DNA from: a plasmid
Sequence record: NZ_CP118990.1
DNA: 64,000 bases
Direction: 5' to 3' (one strand)
The notes under the pieces are model-generated. The model saw nothing but the letters and a program-made list of their open reading frames with translations. It was not told where the DNA came from and did not search any database. Position numbers and translations under genes: made by a program. Position 1 is the first letter of the stretch. Every line of letters starts with the position of its first letter. This document shows positions 17,394 through 26,107 of this stretch, piece after piece.

Positions 17394-19342
17394 CAGAAGT
17401 AAACCTCCAATGGAGTTGCAGGTGATTGCTCGCCGTCAGTTAACAGCCCTTTGGCCTGCCGGTACTGTTGCAGAAACCGAACGGGAATGATGTTTCGCAG
17501 GATGGCGTGTTTGGACGACAAATCGTGAGACAGTGGGAAACGGGGATCGAGAATATCGACTTCAATGCAATCGTCAGGTGAACGGATCCCGCGGCCAATG
17601 GCTTGTCGCATCAACCGAATAACGGCGTTTTGAGTACGCATATACTCCTGCTTGTAGAGCTGTTTACTCAGGTCAGTCTTCTTGGTCTTCTTGTAGAAAC
17701 TTACCAACGCTTCGACTTCGGAAGTGCGTGGTTGGCCGTAGGCAATTCGAGTGATCATCAGGCGATCGAATCCAACTGAGCCAGCGTCATCGGTGATATT
17801 GAGCCCGGTATGGCCCGCAGCGGTGATCATTACTCCCCGGCCATGATGTCTGCATACCTTCTTGAACTCTTCAATCAATGATTTGAGTGGGGTGCCACGC
17901 TGGTGGACCAGCACCTGCCGATGCTCAATTTGAGCCAAAACTGCGGCCAATTTACGGCTCTCTTCATGTGAAGCTGTCAGCACAACCACCCGTCCGCATC
18001 GGTTGGTGATCTGATGTGCGACTGCTTGCAACCATTTTTCAGAAAGGGCAGGGGCATTCCCCTCAGAGGACGGTCTTGAGTAGATAGCCGGGAACGAGGG
18101 GCCCGCCAGAGTCAGGGTCATGCTCCCATATTTTTTCGGGGAGAAAAGGGCAATGGCGCCGAGCATGGTGTCATCAATACCAAGTTCCATTCGCAACGAA
18201 GTGGTACCATTCACTGGCTCAGGCGTGATACTCAGTGTGCCGGAGGTGAGGAGAACAGACTCAAAAGCTGAGGTCGCGTATTTCCCGAAGAACCGAACAA
18301 ACCACGGGGAGAGTGAGACGATGGCCGGTTCCCGGCGTATCAGTGAAACGCCGATCCCCATGGACGAGGTTTGCATCATCAGGAGCTGCTGCTGCAAAGA
18401 TGTTGAGACATCCTTATCCAGGTTATTCAACCGGCAAATCTTCTCGATCTTTCCAATGGTGGCCCGCGCCAGTTCCGCCAGCTCGGTATCCCAGGCATAT
18501 TGCTGCATCCCCAGCCGCTCTTGGATTGTCTTAATTGAATTAGCAAGAGGGGCTAATTGCCGAGCTGATAGTTGCTCGCCCAACTGGGAGGCGACACGAA
18601 CAAGATTCAGGCGCCGCTGAGTCCATTCTTGCAACCGATTCACCAGGGCATCAGCTTCATCAACAATCAGCACTGTCGGCCGTGACTTATCGGCCAAAAG
18701 CGCATTATTTCGCAGCATGTCTACTGCGATCATGGCATGAGTTGTGACCACGATGTCGCATTTAGATTCAGCCTGTTGCTGTTCGTCAAATGCCTCATTT
18801 TCACACTCAGCCGTCAGGCAAATTTGAGAGGCCAACAAGTCGCAGGGGAGTCCGCCAAACTCATCCTCAAATTCTGCAATCGTCCCTGACCAGTCACGCA
18901 AAGTAGCCACTTCGCGCTCCTCTAGGGCTGACAGAGAGCGGTTGGTGAGGGCAATATTGATCCGCTTTGGCGATACGAAATTGACCCGTCCGAGAAGACG
19001 GCCGATAGACAACGGTCTATGTCCATAATGACGGGCGACTTTGGTCAGCAGCACACTGTCTTTTTCGAGAAGTTGTTGCATCAGTGCGTGGCTGTGTGTT
19101 GCGACGATAACCCGAGGGCGACGTGGGTCGCAGAGTGCAAACTGCATGGCTGGCAAGAGATAGCCCAGCGACTTTCCGAGGCCGGTGTCAGCGTGAAGAA
19201 GCGATATTTTCCCGGTGTCAGCCAGCACTTGCTCAATCATTAGCGCATATTGGGTCTGCTCATCCCGAGCGATGAGGCCGCCAGCGGCCATCAGCTCTCC
19301 GAACTTGGCTGTGTGGATCCCGTCCTCTGGCAAGGGGCTCAT
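17393..19342 (-). CDS. dinG: CRISPR-associated DinG-family helicase (Csf4)
   Basis: Walker A HADTGLGKSLGYLLPA and DEAD box VLIVDEADALV, typical of Rad3/XPD/DinG SF2 helicases. 649 aa. Confidence 0.8.
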   Translation of the reverse strand: MSPLPEDGIHTAKFGELMAAGGLIARDEQTQYALMIEQVLADTGKISLLHADTGLGKSLGYLLPAMQFALCDPRRPRVIVATHSHALMQQLLEKDSVLLTKVARHYGHRPLSIGRLLGRVNFVSPKRINIALTNRSLSALEEREVATLRDWSGTIAEFEDEFGGLPCDLLASQICLTAECENEAFDEQQQAESKCDIVVTTHAMIAVDMLRNNALLADKSRPTVLIVDEADALVNRLQEWTQRRLNLVRVASQLGEQLSARQLAPLANSIKTIQERLGMQQYAWDTELAELARATIGKIEKICRLNNLDKDVSTSLQQQLLMMQTSSMGIGVSLIRREPAIVSLSPWFVRFFGKYATSAFESVLLTSGTLSITPEPVNGTTSLRMELGIDDTMLGAIALFSPKKYGSMTLTLAGPSFPAIYSRPSSEGNAPALSEKWLQAVAHQITNRCGRVVVLTASHEESRKLAAVLAQIEHRQVLVHQRGTPLKSLIEEFKKVCRHHGRGVMITAAGHTGLNITDDAGSVGFDRLMITRIAYGQPRTSEVEALVSFYKKTKKTDLSKQLYKQEYMRTQNAVIRLMRQAIGRGIRSPDDCIEVDILDPRFPLSHDLSSKHAILRNIIPVRFLQQYRQAKGLLTDGEQSPATPLEVYF

Positions 19343-19911
19343 AACACCTCCAGGTTCGACAACTGGCCGTAGCCAAATACCCGCTTACGGCCAATGCCAT
19401 AAACAACAGCCTGCTCGGCCAGCGCAACATCCTTGATCTCAGCAACGACACTGACCGGGTTGCACTGGAGGGTGAAGCTCTGTTTTTTCTTGAGGTAGCG
19501 CTCCAGGTAGGGGCTGTTGGCTGAGTGGCTCTGGAGCGAGAGTCCTGCCCCTTCGCACTGCCTGGCTAGAACATCAGGCAAGATGGCCATCGGCAGATTC
19601 ATCGACCGTTTTTTGGTGGTGCCTGGGATCGGATGCTTGATTGGGAAGCAGAAGTTGAGGTTGAACATGACTGCATCTGCCACGTTCAGTTCAAGTTGTA
19701 CGGCTTGTTCGCCAGCTAGGCCAAGTTGCGTTGCCGATCGCAAGTAGATAACGGTTGTGTTGGGCTCATGAGGGTGAGCAATCCGCCGCCAGCTATAGGG
19801 GACTTTACAGCGCAATGTCTCCTGTACCAAATAATCAAGACGCTGGTGGACCAGATACGGAAGAGACGGGTCAGTTTCACGCAGTTTGAGGGTGTTTTCA
19901 TAGTAAATCAT
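19339..19911 (-). CDS. cas6: Cas6 endoribonuclease (Csf5 / Cas6e-like)
   Basis: 190 aa. C-terminal Gly-rich loop GIGRKRVFGYGQL (GxGxxxxxGxG signature of Cas6). Overlaps dinG and csf1. Confidence 0.65.
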   Translation of the reverse strand: MIYYENTLKLRETDPSLPYLVHQRLDYLVQETLRCKVPYSWRRIAHPHEPNTTVIYLRSATQLGLAGEQAVQLELNVADAVMFNLNFCFPIKHPIPGTTKKRSMNLPMAILPDVLARQCEGAGLSLQSHSANSPYLERYLKKKQSFTLQCNPVSVVAEIKDVALAEQAVVYGIGRKRVFGYGQLSNLEVL

Positions 19912-20744
19912 TGGAGCTTGTCCGCGATGTGAATCAGCTTGAGGCGCTGGTGGGGGTCCGCCGGTAAAGTGCGAAATATCGTGCCGAACGATGGTTTTTT
20001 GCTGATCTGTTCACTGGCCTGCTGGGGGGTAATGCGTCCGTTCGAGAGGCCAACGACTAACTTATTGAAGGCGTTGCGTTCCTGACTTGTTAGTGTGTTG
20101 AGCCCCCCTGATAGCCGCATGGCCGCATCCAGATTAACCGTGCATTCGACTCGGGTAACTGAATCCATACCGGCGTCACTACAGCAGTAGAGCGCCTGCG
20201 GTGACAGAGATATGGTCAACCCTCGCATAAGCGCCGCGGTTTTACGTCCGAAAGATTCGATGTATAGCAGAGGGAATTTTGCATTCTCTGCGATCCATGG
20301 CAGGTGACCACCAACGGTAATCTTCACCACATCGACGTGCTCTAAAAATGATGCAGGGAACTTGTCATACACCCCTGGTGGGGCTAGGAGCGTTGAACGC
20401 TGAGGCTTACCTGGGACATCTGCAATTTCGTGCACCCAACCGACACCACTCATCATTCCAAAGCGCTGGCCCACCTTCTTGTCGCTTTTCCCGGCAGTTC
20501 GCTCATTACCCATGATGTTGGGGTCGGTCACAAACATGGCCTGGCAAGGAGCACAGTGGTTGAACGGCGTTTTATAGCTATCCAGACCTTGATAACCCAC
20601 ACGGTCAAACGAGCTTGCAGGGCGCTTGCAGCAAGAACATGCCGCACCAGTCTTTACAGCTTCTCCCAAGGCTGGAGCCAAAATATGGGTGAGGTTGGCA
20701 TAAAGAAGATCAATTGGATGTTGCACGTCACCTCCGAGAAACAT
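19908..20744 (-). CDS. csf1: Type IV-A Cas8-like large subunit (Csf1) with a zinc finger
   Basis: 278 aa. First gene of the operon. CSCCKRP...HCAPC treble-clef-like Cys cluster. Confidence 0.55.
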   Translation of the reverse strand: MFLGGDVQHPIDLLYANLTHILAPALGEAVKTGAACSCCKRPASSFDRVGYQGLDSYKTPFNHCAPCQAMFVTDPNIMGNERTAGKSDKKVGQRFGMMSGVGWVHEIADVPGKPQRSTLLAPPGVYDKFPASFLEHVDVVKITVGGHLPWIAENAKFPLLYIESFGRKTAALMRGLTISLSPQALYCCSDAGMDSVTRVECTVNLDAAMRLSGGLNTLTSQERNAFNKLVVGLSNGRITPQQASEQISKKPSFGTIFRTLPADPHQRLKLIHIADKLQ

Positions 20745-20864
20745 TCTGAAACAGTTTCACATAAGATAATAGATTTCTTTTTTTTGTAAAGAGGCAGGTC
20801 CTTGATAATCGACCGTTTTTAGTGGCCTGGTAGAAACGGGTGCTGTATAAGCTAAAACCTCGGT

Positions 20865-20891
20865 ATGCCGCCCTTTGGCGGGGGTTAGCGG
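20865..20891 (+). repeat. Degenerate CRISPR-repeat-like sequence A (TGCCGCCCTTTGGCGGGGGTTAGCGG) in the cas promoter region
   Basis: Shares the hairpin plus GGGGGTTAACGG 3' part with the array repeats at 23890-24584; same orientation. Confidence 0.5.
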
Positions 20892-20936
20892 TTTGAGCCA
20901 GCGCAAAAACAAGCCAGAGCAGAGCCATGCTGGAGT

Positions 20937-20963
20937 GCCTCCCAGTGGCGGGGGTTAACAGAT
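20937..20963 (+). repeat. Degenerate CRISPR-repeat-like sequence B (GTGCCTCCCAGTGGCGGGGGTTAACAG)
   Basis: As for A. The two are separated by a 45-nt spacer-like segment. Confidence 0.45.
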
Positions 20964-21088
20964 GAATGGCAACCTCTGGGGTTGAACGGAGGTAAAGCTC
21001 CGGGGGCCATAGCCCCTATGTTGGGAGCGCCATGTTCAGTGACATTTTACCAACGGAACAAAGTTCTGGTGTTATTTCAGGGGGAAGT

Positions 21089-21751
21089 ATGAAGGGTAAT
21101 ATAATTTCATGGAAAGATGAAAAAGGCTTCGGCTTTATAAAAAATGATGAGAATGGCGAACATATATTTTTTCATATATCGAGCGTTATAAAAGGGACGA
21201 GGCAGCCTATTGTTGGTGATGCAGTTACATTTGATGTAGGGGTTGATTCCAGCAACCGAAAAAAAGCAAAAGATATTTTTATTGAAGGGGTGTCATTTAC
21301 CAATATCCCAAGGCGAGTATTTACGGAAAAGGTTAAGCGCGACCGTTTCGATTATTATTGTTACGTCGCGATAGTGTTATCAGTGGCAATAACACTCGCT
21401 GTGTATATTAAAATGGGGCAGCCTCGACTGGCATTATTTCCCGCCGCCGTTGCTATAATGCTGTTTTTGTATATCTCCGTCCGTACTAAAAAACCTGCAA
21501 ATGACATATTCTCATGCGGGAAATGCTCATCAGTGGTTAGACATGACGCAAGAACCATTCGGGCATGGAATAAGGGTGCGTGTAAATTATATTGCAGAAC
21601 CTGCAATCAGAACTGGCATCGTGAAAAGCCACAAAGGGATAGCACTAAAAAATATAATCGCCCTCAGAAGTCTGGATGTCTAGGGGTATTATTATTTATA
21701 ACATTCGTGCCGGTATTTTTAATTTCAAGCATCATCACCTTACTGGTGTAG
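21089..21751 (+). CDS. Cold-shock-domain protein fused to a 2-TM membrane domain and a C-terminal Cys4 zinc ribbon (CSD-DUF1294-like)
   Basis: GNIISWKDEKGFGFIKNDENGEHIFFHISSV is a CspA-type S1-like domain. Two hydrophobic helices follow. CGKCSSV...CKLYCRTC Cys cluster. Confidence 0.6.
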   Translation: MKGNIISWKDEKGFGFIKNDENGEHIFFHISSVIKGTRQPIVGDAVTFDVGVDSSNRKKAKDIFIEGVSFTNIPRRVFTEKVKRDRFDYYCYVAIVLSVAITLAVYIKMGQPRLALFPAAVAIMLFLYISVRTKKPANDIFSCGKCSSVVRHDARTIRAWNKGACKLYCRTCNQNWHREKPQRDSTKKYNRPQKSGCLGVLLFITFVPVFLISSIITLLV

Positions 21752-21786
21752 AAAGAAATGTTGAAGCCTTGTTGCCTGGACTATTA

Positions 21787-21822
21787 ACTGAATGAGCCTC
21801 ATCATAATCATGGGTGAGGCTT
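21787..21822 (+). terminator. Rho-independent terminator
   Basis: GCCTCAtcataatcatggGTGAGGC followed by T6. Confidence 0.65.
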
Positions 21823-21907
21823 TTTTAATGGCCCGATAAAGGGCGAAAAGTGTCGCTCTCAAATTGCCACGCACTGACCGCGTTTCCCAAGTCGATGACA
21901 CTGAATA

Positions 21908-22017
21908 GTGTACAAACTTTATTATGCAAGTGACTGATCTGTAGTGTCCGTTGTGTACAAACTTTACTGTCCGAGTCACCGCTACGCCGTGTTTGCTGCG
22001 TACAAACTTCATTGTCA
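21908..22017. promoter_or_regulatory. Three iteron-like direct repeats GTGTACAAACTTTAYTRTC spaced 46 and 44 bp apart
   Basis: Copies at 21908-21927, 21954-21973 and 21998-22017. Followed by an inverted repeat at 22099-22132 and an AT-rich stretch before the phosphatase gene. Confidence 0.55.
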
Positions 22018-22098
22018 CTGTACTGCTTGCGCAGCCTAACGGCGCCTGCGGCCACAGTACAGACAACCCCGCATTGCGTACTTCTCCATGCCCTCCTT

Positions 22099-22132
22099 CA
22101 CACACAGAGGCTCAAGCGTGTCTCTGTGTGTC
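22099..22132. promoter_or_regulatory. Inverted repeat CACACACAGAG-N12-CTCTGTGTGTC
   Basis: Read directly; upstream of the phosphatase-recombinase operon. Confidence 0.45.
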
Positions 22133-22222
22133 TCTACTTATTAAAATGATTCTTTGAAAAAGTAGTGTTTATAAAATAGGATAGTTGGCAGGAAAGTCCT
22201 TCATTTTTCACGGAGAGAACGC

Positions 22223-22753
22223 ATGAGAGAGGTGCACTTCATTAGCCAGGTCGAGGCCGAAAAACTGGCGCCGGTTGCCGGTGCGGCGATGATCTCGATC
22301 ACCGACCCGGACAAACCGGAGGCGGCCCTGGGAGATTGGCAACTCTTGTATCGGGACAGCTTTTACGATGGTGGCTACAGTGAGGACACCATCCGTACCA
22401 TGAAAGGGTCTTTTCGGATGAGCTACGCATCCTACATTGACTCCCATCAGGCGAAGAACCTATCCAACTACATCGATGAGCTGGTGCAGAGCGGCATCAG
22501 CCAGATCTTTGTTCACTGCTACTACGGGGAATCCCGAAGTGGCGCGATTGCTTTGTATCTGTGCAACAAACATGGATTCACCTCGAACAAGCCCATCACC
22601 AAGCCTAACAGGACGGTCTACGATCTCCTCTGCTCCCCTTTGAAATATGAAGCACTGATACAGAGTTACGAAACACAAGATGCTGCGCCTACCGAGAGTA
22701 TCTACACCAAGATATGGGATTTATTGCTCGTGGCTATCGGTGTTAGGAGGTAA
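22223..22753 (+). CDS. Cys-based phosphatase (CX5R P-loop; dual-specificity / PTP-like), 176 aa
   Basis: VHCYYGESRSG matches the HCxxGxxRS/T active-site signature. Confidence 0.6.
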   Translation: MREVHFISQVEAEKLAPVAGAAMISITDPDKPEAALGDWQLLYRDSFYDGGYSEDTIRTMKGSFRMSYASYIDSHQAKNLSNYIDELVQSGISQIFVHCYYGESRSGAIALYLCNKHGFTSNKPITKPNRTVYDLLCSPLKYEALIQSYETQDAAPTESIYTKIWDLLLVAIGVRR

Positions 22754-22755
22754 CT

Positions 22756-23760
22756 TTGCACCAACGGAACAACCGCGACACCACTGAACTTTCACACGCG
22801 AAAGTCATTGTCTTGCCAGAACAAACCTCAGGTGGAGGCCTCCCGCAAGTCACCGGGGGGCTCAGAAGCGCACAAGATAATCCGGCAGTTGCATACCTGA
22901 TCAGCCTTGGCTCCAGGCGCAGTCGGCAAACCATGGGCTCATTTCTCAGCATTGTTGCTCGGATGATCGGGTACCAAAACCTGCGTGATTGCGCGTGGGA
23001 GTCGATGCGGCGGCATCATGTCCAAGCTGTGATCCAAATGCTCAGTGACTCTGACCGAGCGCCAGCTACGATCAATACCTACCTGGCAGCGCTGAAAGGA
23101 GTTGCCCTGGAAGCGTGGACAATGAAGCTGATTGATACCGACAGTTACCAGCATATCAAGCAGGTGCGTTCGGTGAGAGGCTCTCGTTTACCCAACGGGC
23201 GGGCCCTCGAAAAGCACGAGGTCAGAGCCCTTTATTTCACATGTGAAAACGATCGGAGCTCCAAAGGGCTGCGTGACGCAGCCATCCTTGCTGTTTTAGT
23301 CGGGTGCGGACTTCGGCGCTCAGAGGTTGTCGCCCTCGATATGGAATGTGTCATCACCAGGGATCAGGCACTTCGTGTGCTCGGTAAGGGCAATAAAGAA
23401 CGCATCGCCTATGTGCCTGACGGGGCATGGCAGCGGCTTATGCGGTGGGTGGAGGAGGTTCGTGGTGATCAGCCGGGATCGCTGTTTCAGCGGATCAGGC
23501 GGTTTGATGATGTCACCGCCGACAGAATGACTGACCAGGCTATCTATCACATTCTTGAAACGAGAAGGATTGAGGCGGGGCTGGAAAAATTCGCTCCTCA
23601 TGATCTCCGCAGAACCTTTGCATCGGCCATGCTGGATAATGGCGAGGACATCATCACGGTCAAGGATGCGATGGGCCATGCCAGTGTCACGACCACGCAG
23701 AAGTATGATCGTCGGGGAGATGAGCGATTGAAACAGGCCAGTCGGCGACTCGATTTTTGA
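22756..23760 (+). CDS. Tyrosine site-specific recombinase (phage integrase / XerCD family)
   Basis: C-terminal HDLRRTFASAMLDNGEDIITVKDAMGHASVTTTQKYDRR carries the catalytic R...HxxR...Y region. Start is 3 nt after the phosphatase stop. Confidence 0.8.
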   Translation: MHQRNNRDTTELSHAKVIVLPEQTSGGGLPQVTGGLRSAQDNPAVAYLISLGSRRSRQTMGSFLSIVARMIGYQNLRDCAWESMRRHHVQAVIQMLSDSDRAPATINTYLAALKGVALEAWTMKLIDTDSYQHIKQVRSVRGSRLPNGRALEKHEVRALYFTCENDRSSKGLRDAAILAVLVGCGLRRSEVVALDMECVITRDQALRVLGKGNKERIAYVPDGAWQRLMRWVEEVRGDQPGSLFQRIRRFDDVTADRMTDQAIYHILETRRIEAGLEKFAPHDLRRTFASAMLDNGEDIITVKDAMGHASVTTTQKYDRRGDERLKQASRRLDF

Positions 23761-23862
23761 GTCGGAAGACCAATGTTAATCAGTTGCGCACTCAGAATTT
23801 AAGAGGTAAATTTCAGCCACCAATCCTCAAGTGTGCGAACATCGCTGAACGTGACCTAATCT

Positions 23863-23886
23863 TGATGGTAATTGTTGACTTGGTAA
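23863..23886 (+). promoter_or_regulatory. Candidate sigma70 promoter in the CRISPR leader (TTGATG-17-AAGTAT)
   Basis: Hexamers read directly. The leader 23761-23889 is AT-richer than its surroundings. Confidence 0.35.
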
Positions 23887-23889
23887 GTA

Positions 23890-24584
23890 TCGCCCCCCCG
23901 CAGGTGGGGGTTAACGGGCGTGTAAAGCGTCCAACGTGACTTACAGAAAATCGCCCCCCCGCAGGTGGGGGTTAACGGAGTGGATGCATTTGCTGACTTC
24001 CACCGATGAATCGTCCCCCGTGCCTGGGGGTTAACGGTACTCGGCCTGGCACAACATGGACCTCACCCGATTTCTCCCCCGCAGCTGGGGGTTAACGCCG
24101 CGAGGGGAGCTGTTGCTATAGCGGGAATGAATCCCCCACCGCAGGCGGGGGTTAACGGCGTCAGCACATCACACAGCTATTGAGCACCAGATCGATCCCC
24201 CGCAGGCGGGGGTTAACGGTTTTCGATGATGTCGGTGGCGTTTGCCATCATATCGCCCCCCGCAGGCGGGGGTTAACGGACGCTGATAACGCATATCGAC
24301 GACGGATTTGAATCACCCCCCCGCAGGCGGGGGTTAACGGCCCGCGGGATAGAGAAGTGGTGCCATCAGCGCATCTCTCCCCCGAGCCTGGGGGTTAACG
24401 GTGCCCTTTTTGTGCACAAACAAAAAAATCAAAATCCATCCCCCTGTTACGGGGGTTAACGAAGCGGGACGTCGTGGTGCTGTGCTGCGGCTGCATCTCC
24501 CCCCAGCAGGCGGGGGTTAACGTTAGCTTCACACCAGGCCTTGATAGCATCGCCGATCTATCCCTCGCGACTGGGGGTTATCGG
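23890..24584 (+). CRISPR. CRISPR array: 12 repeats of about 28 nt (consensus about TCGCCCCCCGCAGGCGGGGGTTAACGG) and 11 spacers of 32-37 nt. The degenerate terminal repeat is at the 3' end.
   Basis: Period about 61 bp. Spacers are unique. The conserved GGGGGTTAACGG 3' handle and C5-7/G5 stem resemble type I-E/IV-A repeat architecture. The last repeat is TCCCTCGCGACTGGGGGTTATCGG. Confidence 0.85.
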
Positions 24585-24772
24585 GAGGAAGCATGGCACA
24601 ACAGAACGTTTTCCTTCTTCGATTGAGGGTTATGCGCGAAATGGCCGCCGACACCGACTCGGTGATCTCTGCCGTCACGGCCGAGCTGCCAGTCGGTTTC
24701 CCTGAGCACATTAGCAAGGCCATTTTTTCTGGGTTGTCGGCTCAAGCAGCCAAGCTTCTGAGAGGGTGAGAA

Positions 24773-25270
24773 ATGGCTGAAATGAGCAATTTTGGGGAAA
24801 GCTTCAAGCTTTATTCCGACGGGCAACGAGATCCTGTCAAGCGCACAGGCCTGAACGTCCAGTACACAGAGACTCGGGCCAACTACCCGACAATCAGCAT
24901 CGAGATCGCTCCCATCCGGGCGGCAGGAGCAAAAGCAGACTGGGAGCAGAAGATCACAGTACAACTGACCAGGGCAGAGCTGACCGCGTTCTGCGGTGTG
25001 ATGTTTGGGCTCAGGAAGGATGCCACAGGGTCATACCATGGTGACGCCAACAACAAGAGCTTCGCGACATACTGCAACGGCAAGTCCGGCGTCGCCATCC
25101 TTCTCATGGCACGAGGGAACCAGTACCAGCACCTCATTACACCCGATGACCGAATGGAGCTAGCTGTATTCGCGATAAGGAGGTTGGCTGAGGCATGGAA
25201 GGTCACCCCTTCTGATGCGATTGCGATGCTCCGTCAAGGGGCGTGGATGAGCAAGAATCAGGTAAATTAG
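24773..25270 (+). CDS. hypothetical protein (165 aa)
   Basis: ORF with a GAGGGTGAGAA RBS; a terminator follows at 25289-25313. Confidence 0.4.
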   Translation: MAEMSNFGESFKLYSDGQRDPVKRTGLNVQYTETRANYPTISIEIAPIRAAGAKADWEQKITVQLTRAELTAFCGVMFGLRKDATGSYHGDANNKSFATYCNGKSGVAILLMARGNQYQHLITPDDRMELAVFAIRRLAEAWKVTPSDAIAMLRQGAWMSKNQVN

Positions 25271-25288
25271 AATGGGTTAGATAATGAA

Positions 25289-25313
25289 AATCCCGCTTGA
25301 GCGGGCTTTTCGA
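25289..25313 (+). terminator. Rho-independent terminator
   Basis: CCCGCTtgaGCGGG followed by CTTTTCG. Confidence 0.5.
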
Positions 25314-25526
25314 AATTTGGGGTGGCCCTGCATGACAGGGCCAGTACGAACCTAGTGTCATCACCAGTAAGGTAGCTGGGAGAGGACGGAGCCTAGAAGT
25401 AGAGATCCCGCTAGGTCCTCTTATTTTCAATTGGCTACTCTTGTCTGCTCTTGATTTGCACTTGTTTAATACTGATTCCGCCGCGGTTACTCTCCTCCTG
25501 CACCTGACCAAACGGAGAGAAATTAT

Positions 25527-26070
25527 GCGCTATCACTCACCTCTGCACGACCCGCTGACTCAAGATGAACTCAATGCACTTAGAGCCTCACTCTCTGCAA
25601 AAGAGTTCCAGCATGACTTATTCCGAGCATTCCTGTTCGTATGCGAGACAGGGTTGAGTTGGGAGGATGTTTACCTCCTAAAGTGGACGCAAATCGATAG
25701 GGAAAACCACCTGCTGGTTCACGACTATGAACGAATCAATGGACATCAAACCCAACGCCTTTCGCAGTTCGCATTGAATGTTTTGCCCGAGCAGAGCAGC
25801 AGCAAGGTCTTTCCTGATCTACATTTCGAGCTCATTCAAGACCGATATGGGGAATGGTGCTCGTCTGACCTATGGGTCTGGGGGAAGAGATCAAATATCA
25901 AGCGCGGGTTTTGTCTTGAGGCTGCTGGGGCCACCTTCGTTACCAAAATGACAGCTCAACACGTTGATGAGCATGAGCTCGCAAAAATGCTGAACATTAC
26001 CGAGCTCGACTTACGTTGGATTTACCCAATACGTTCATTTAACCCGATTGACCTAATGTTCCTCTCCTAA
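25527..26070 (+). CDS. hypothetical protein with a degenerate integrase-like segment
   Basis: LFRAFLFVCETGLSWEDVYLLKWTQID resembles recombinase box I, but it lacks the Arg and the C-terminal catalytic motifs. Confidence 0.3.
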
Positions 26071-26107
26071 ACGTTGTCCTGAGCGAACAAGGAAACCTGA
26101 TCGCATC

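Noticed and set aside
23761-23889. Possibility that the region between the recombinase gene and the first repeat hides a small cas gene (cas1/cas2)
   Set aside because: It is only 129 bp and AT-rich with promoter-like hexamers. No adaptation genes are found anywhere in the window, consistent with type IV systems.
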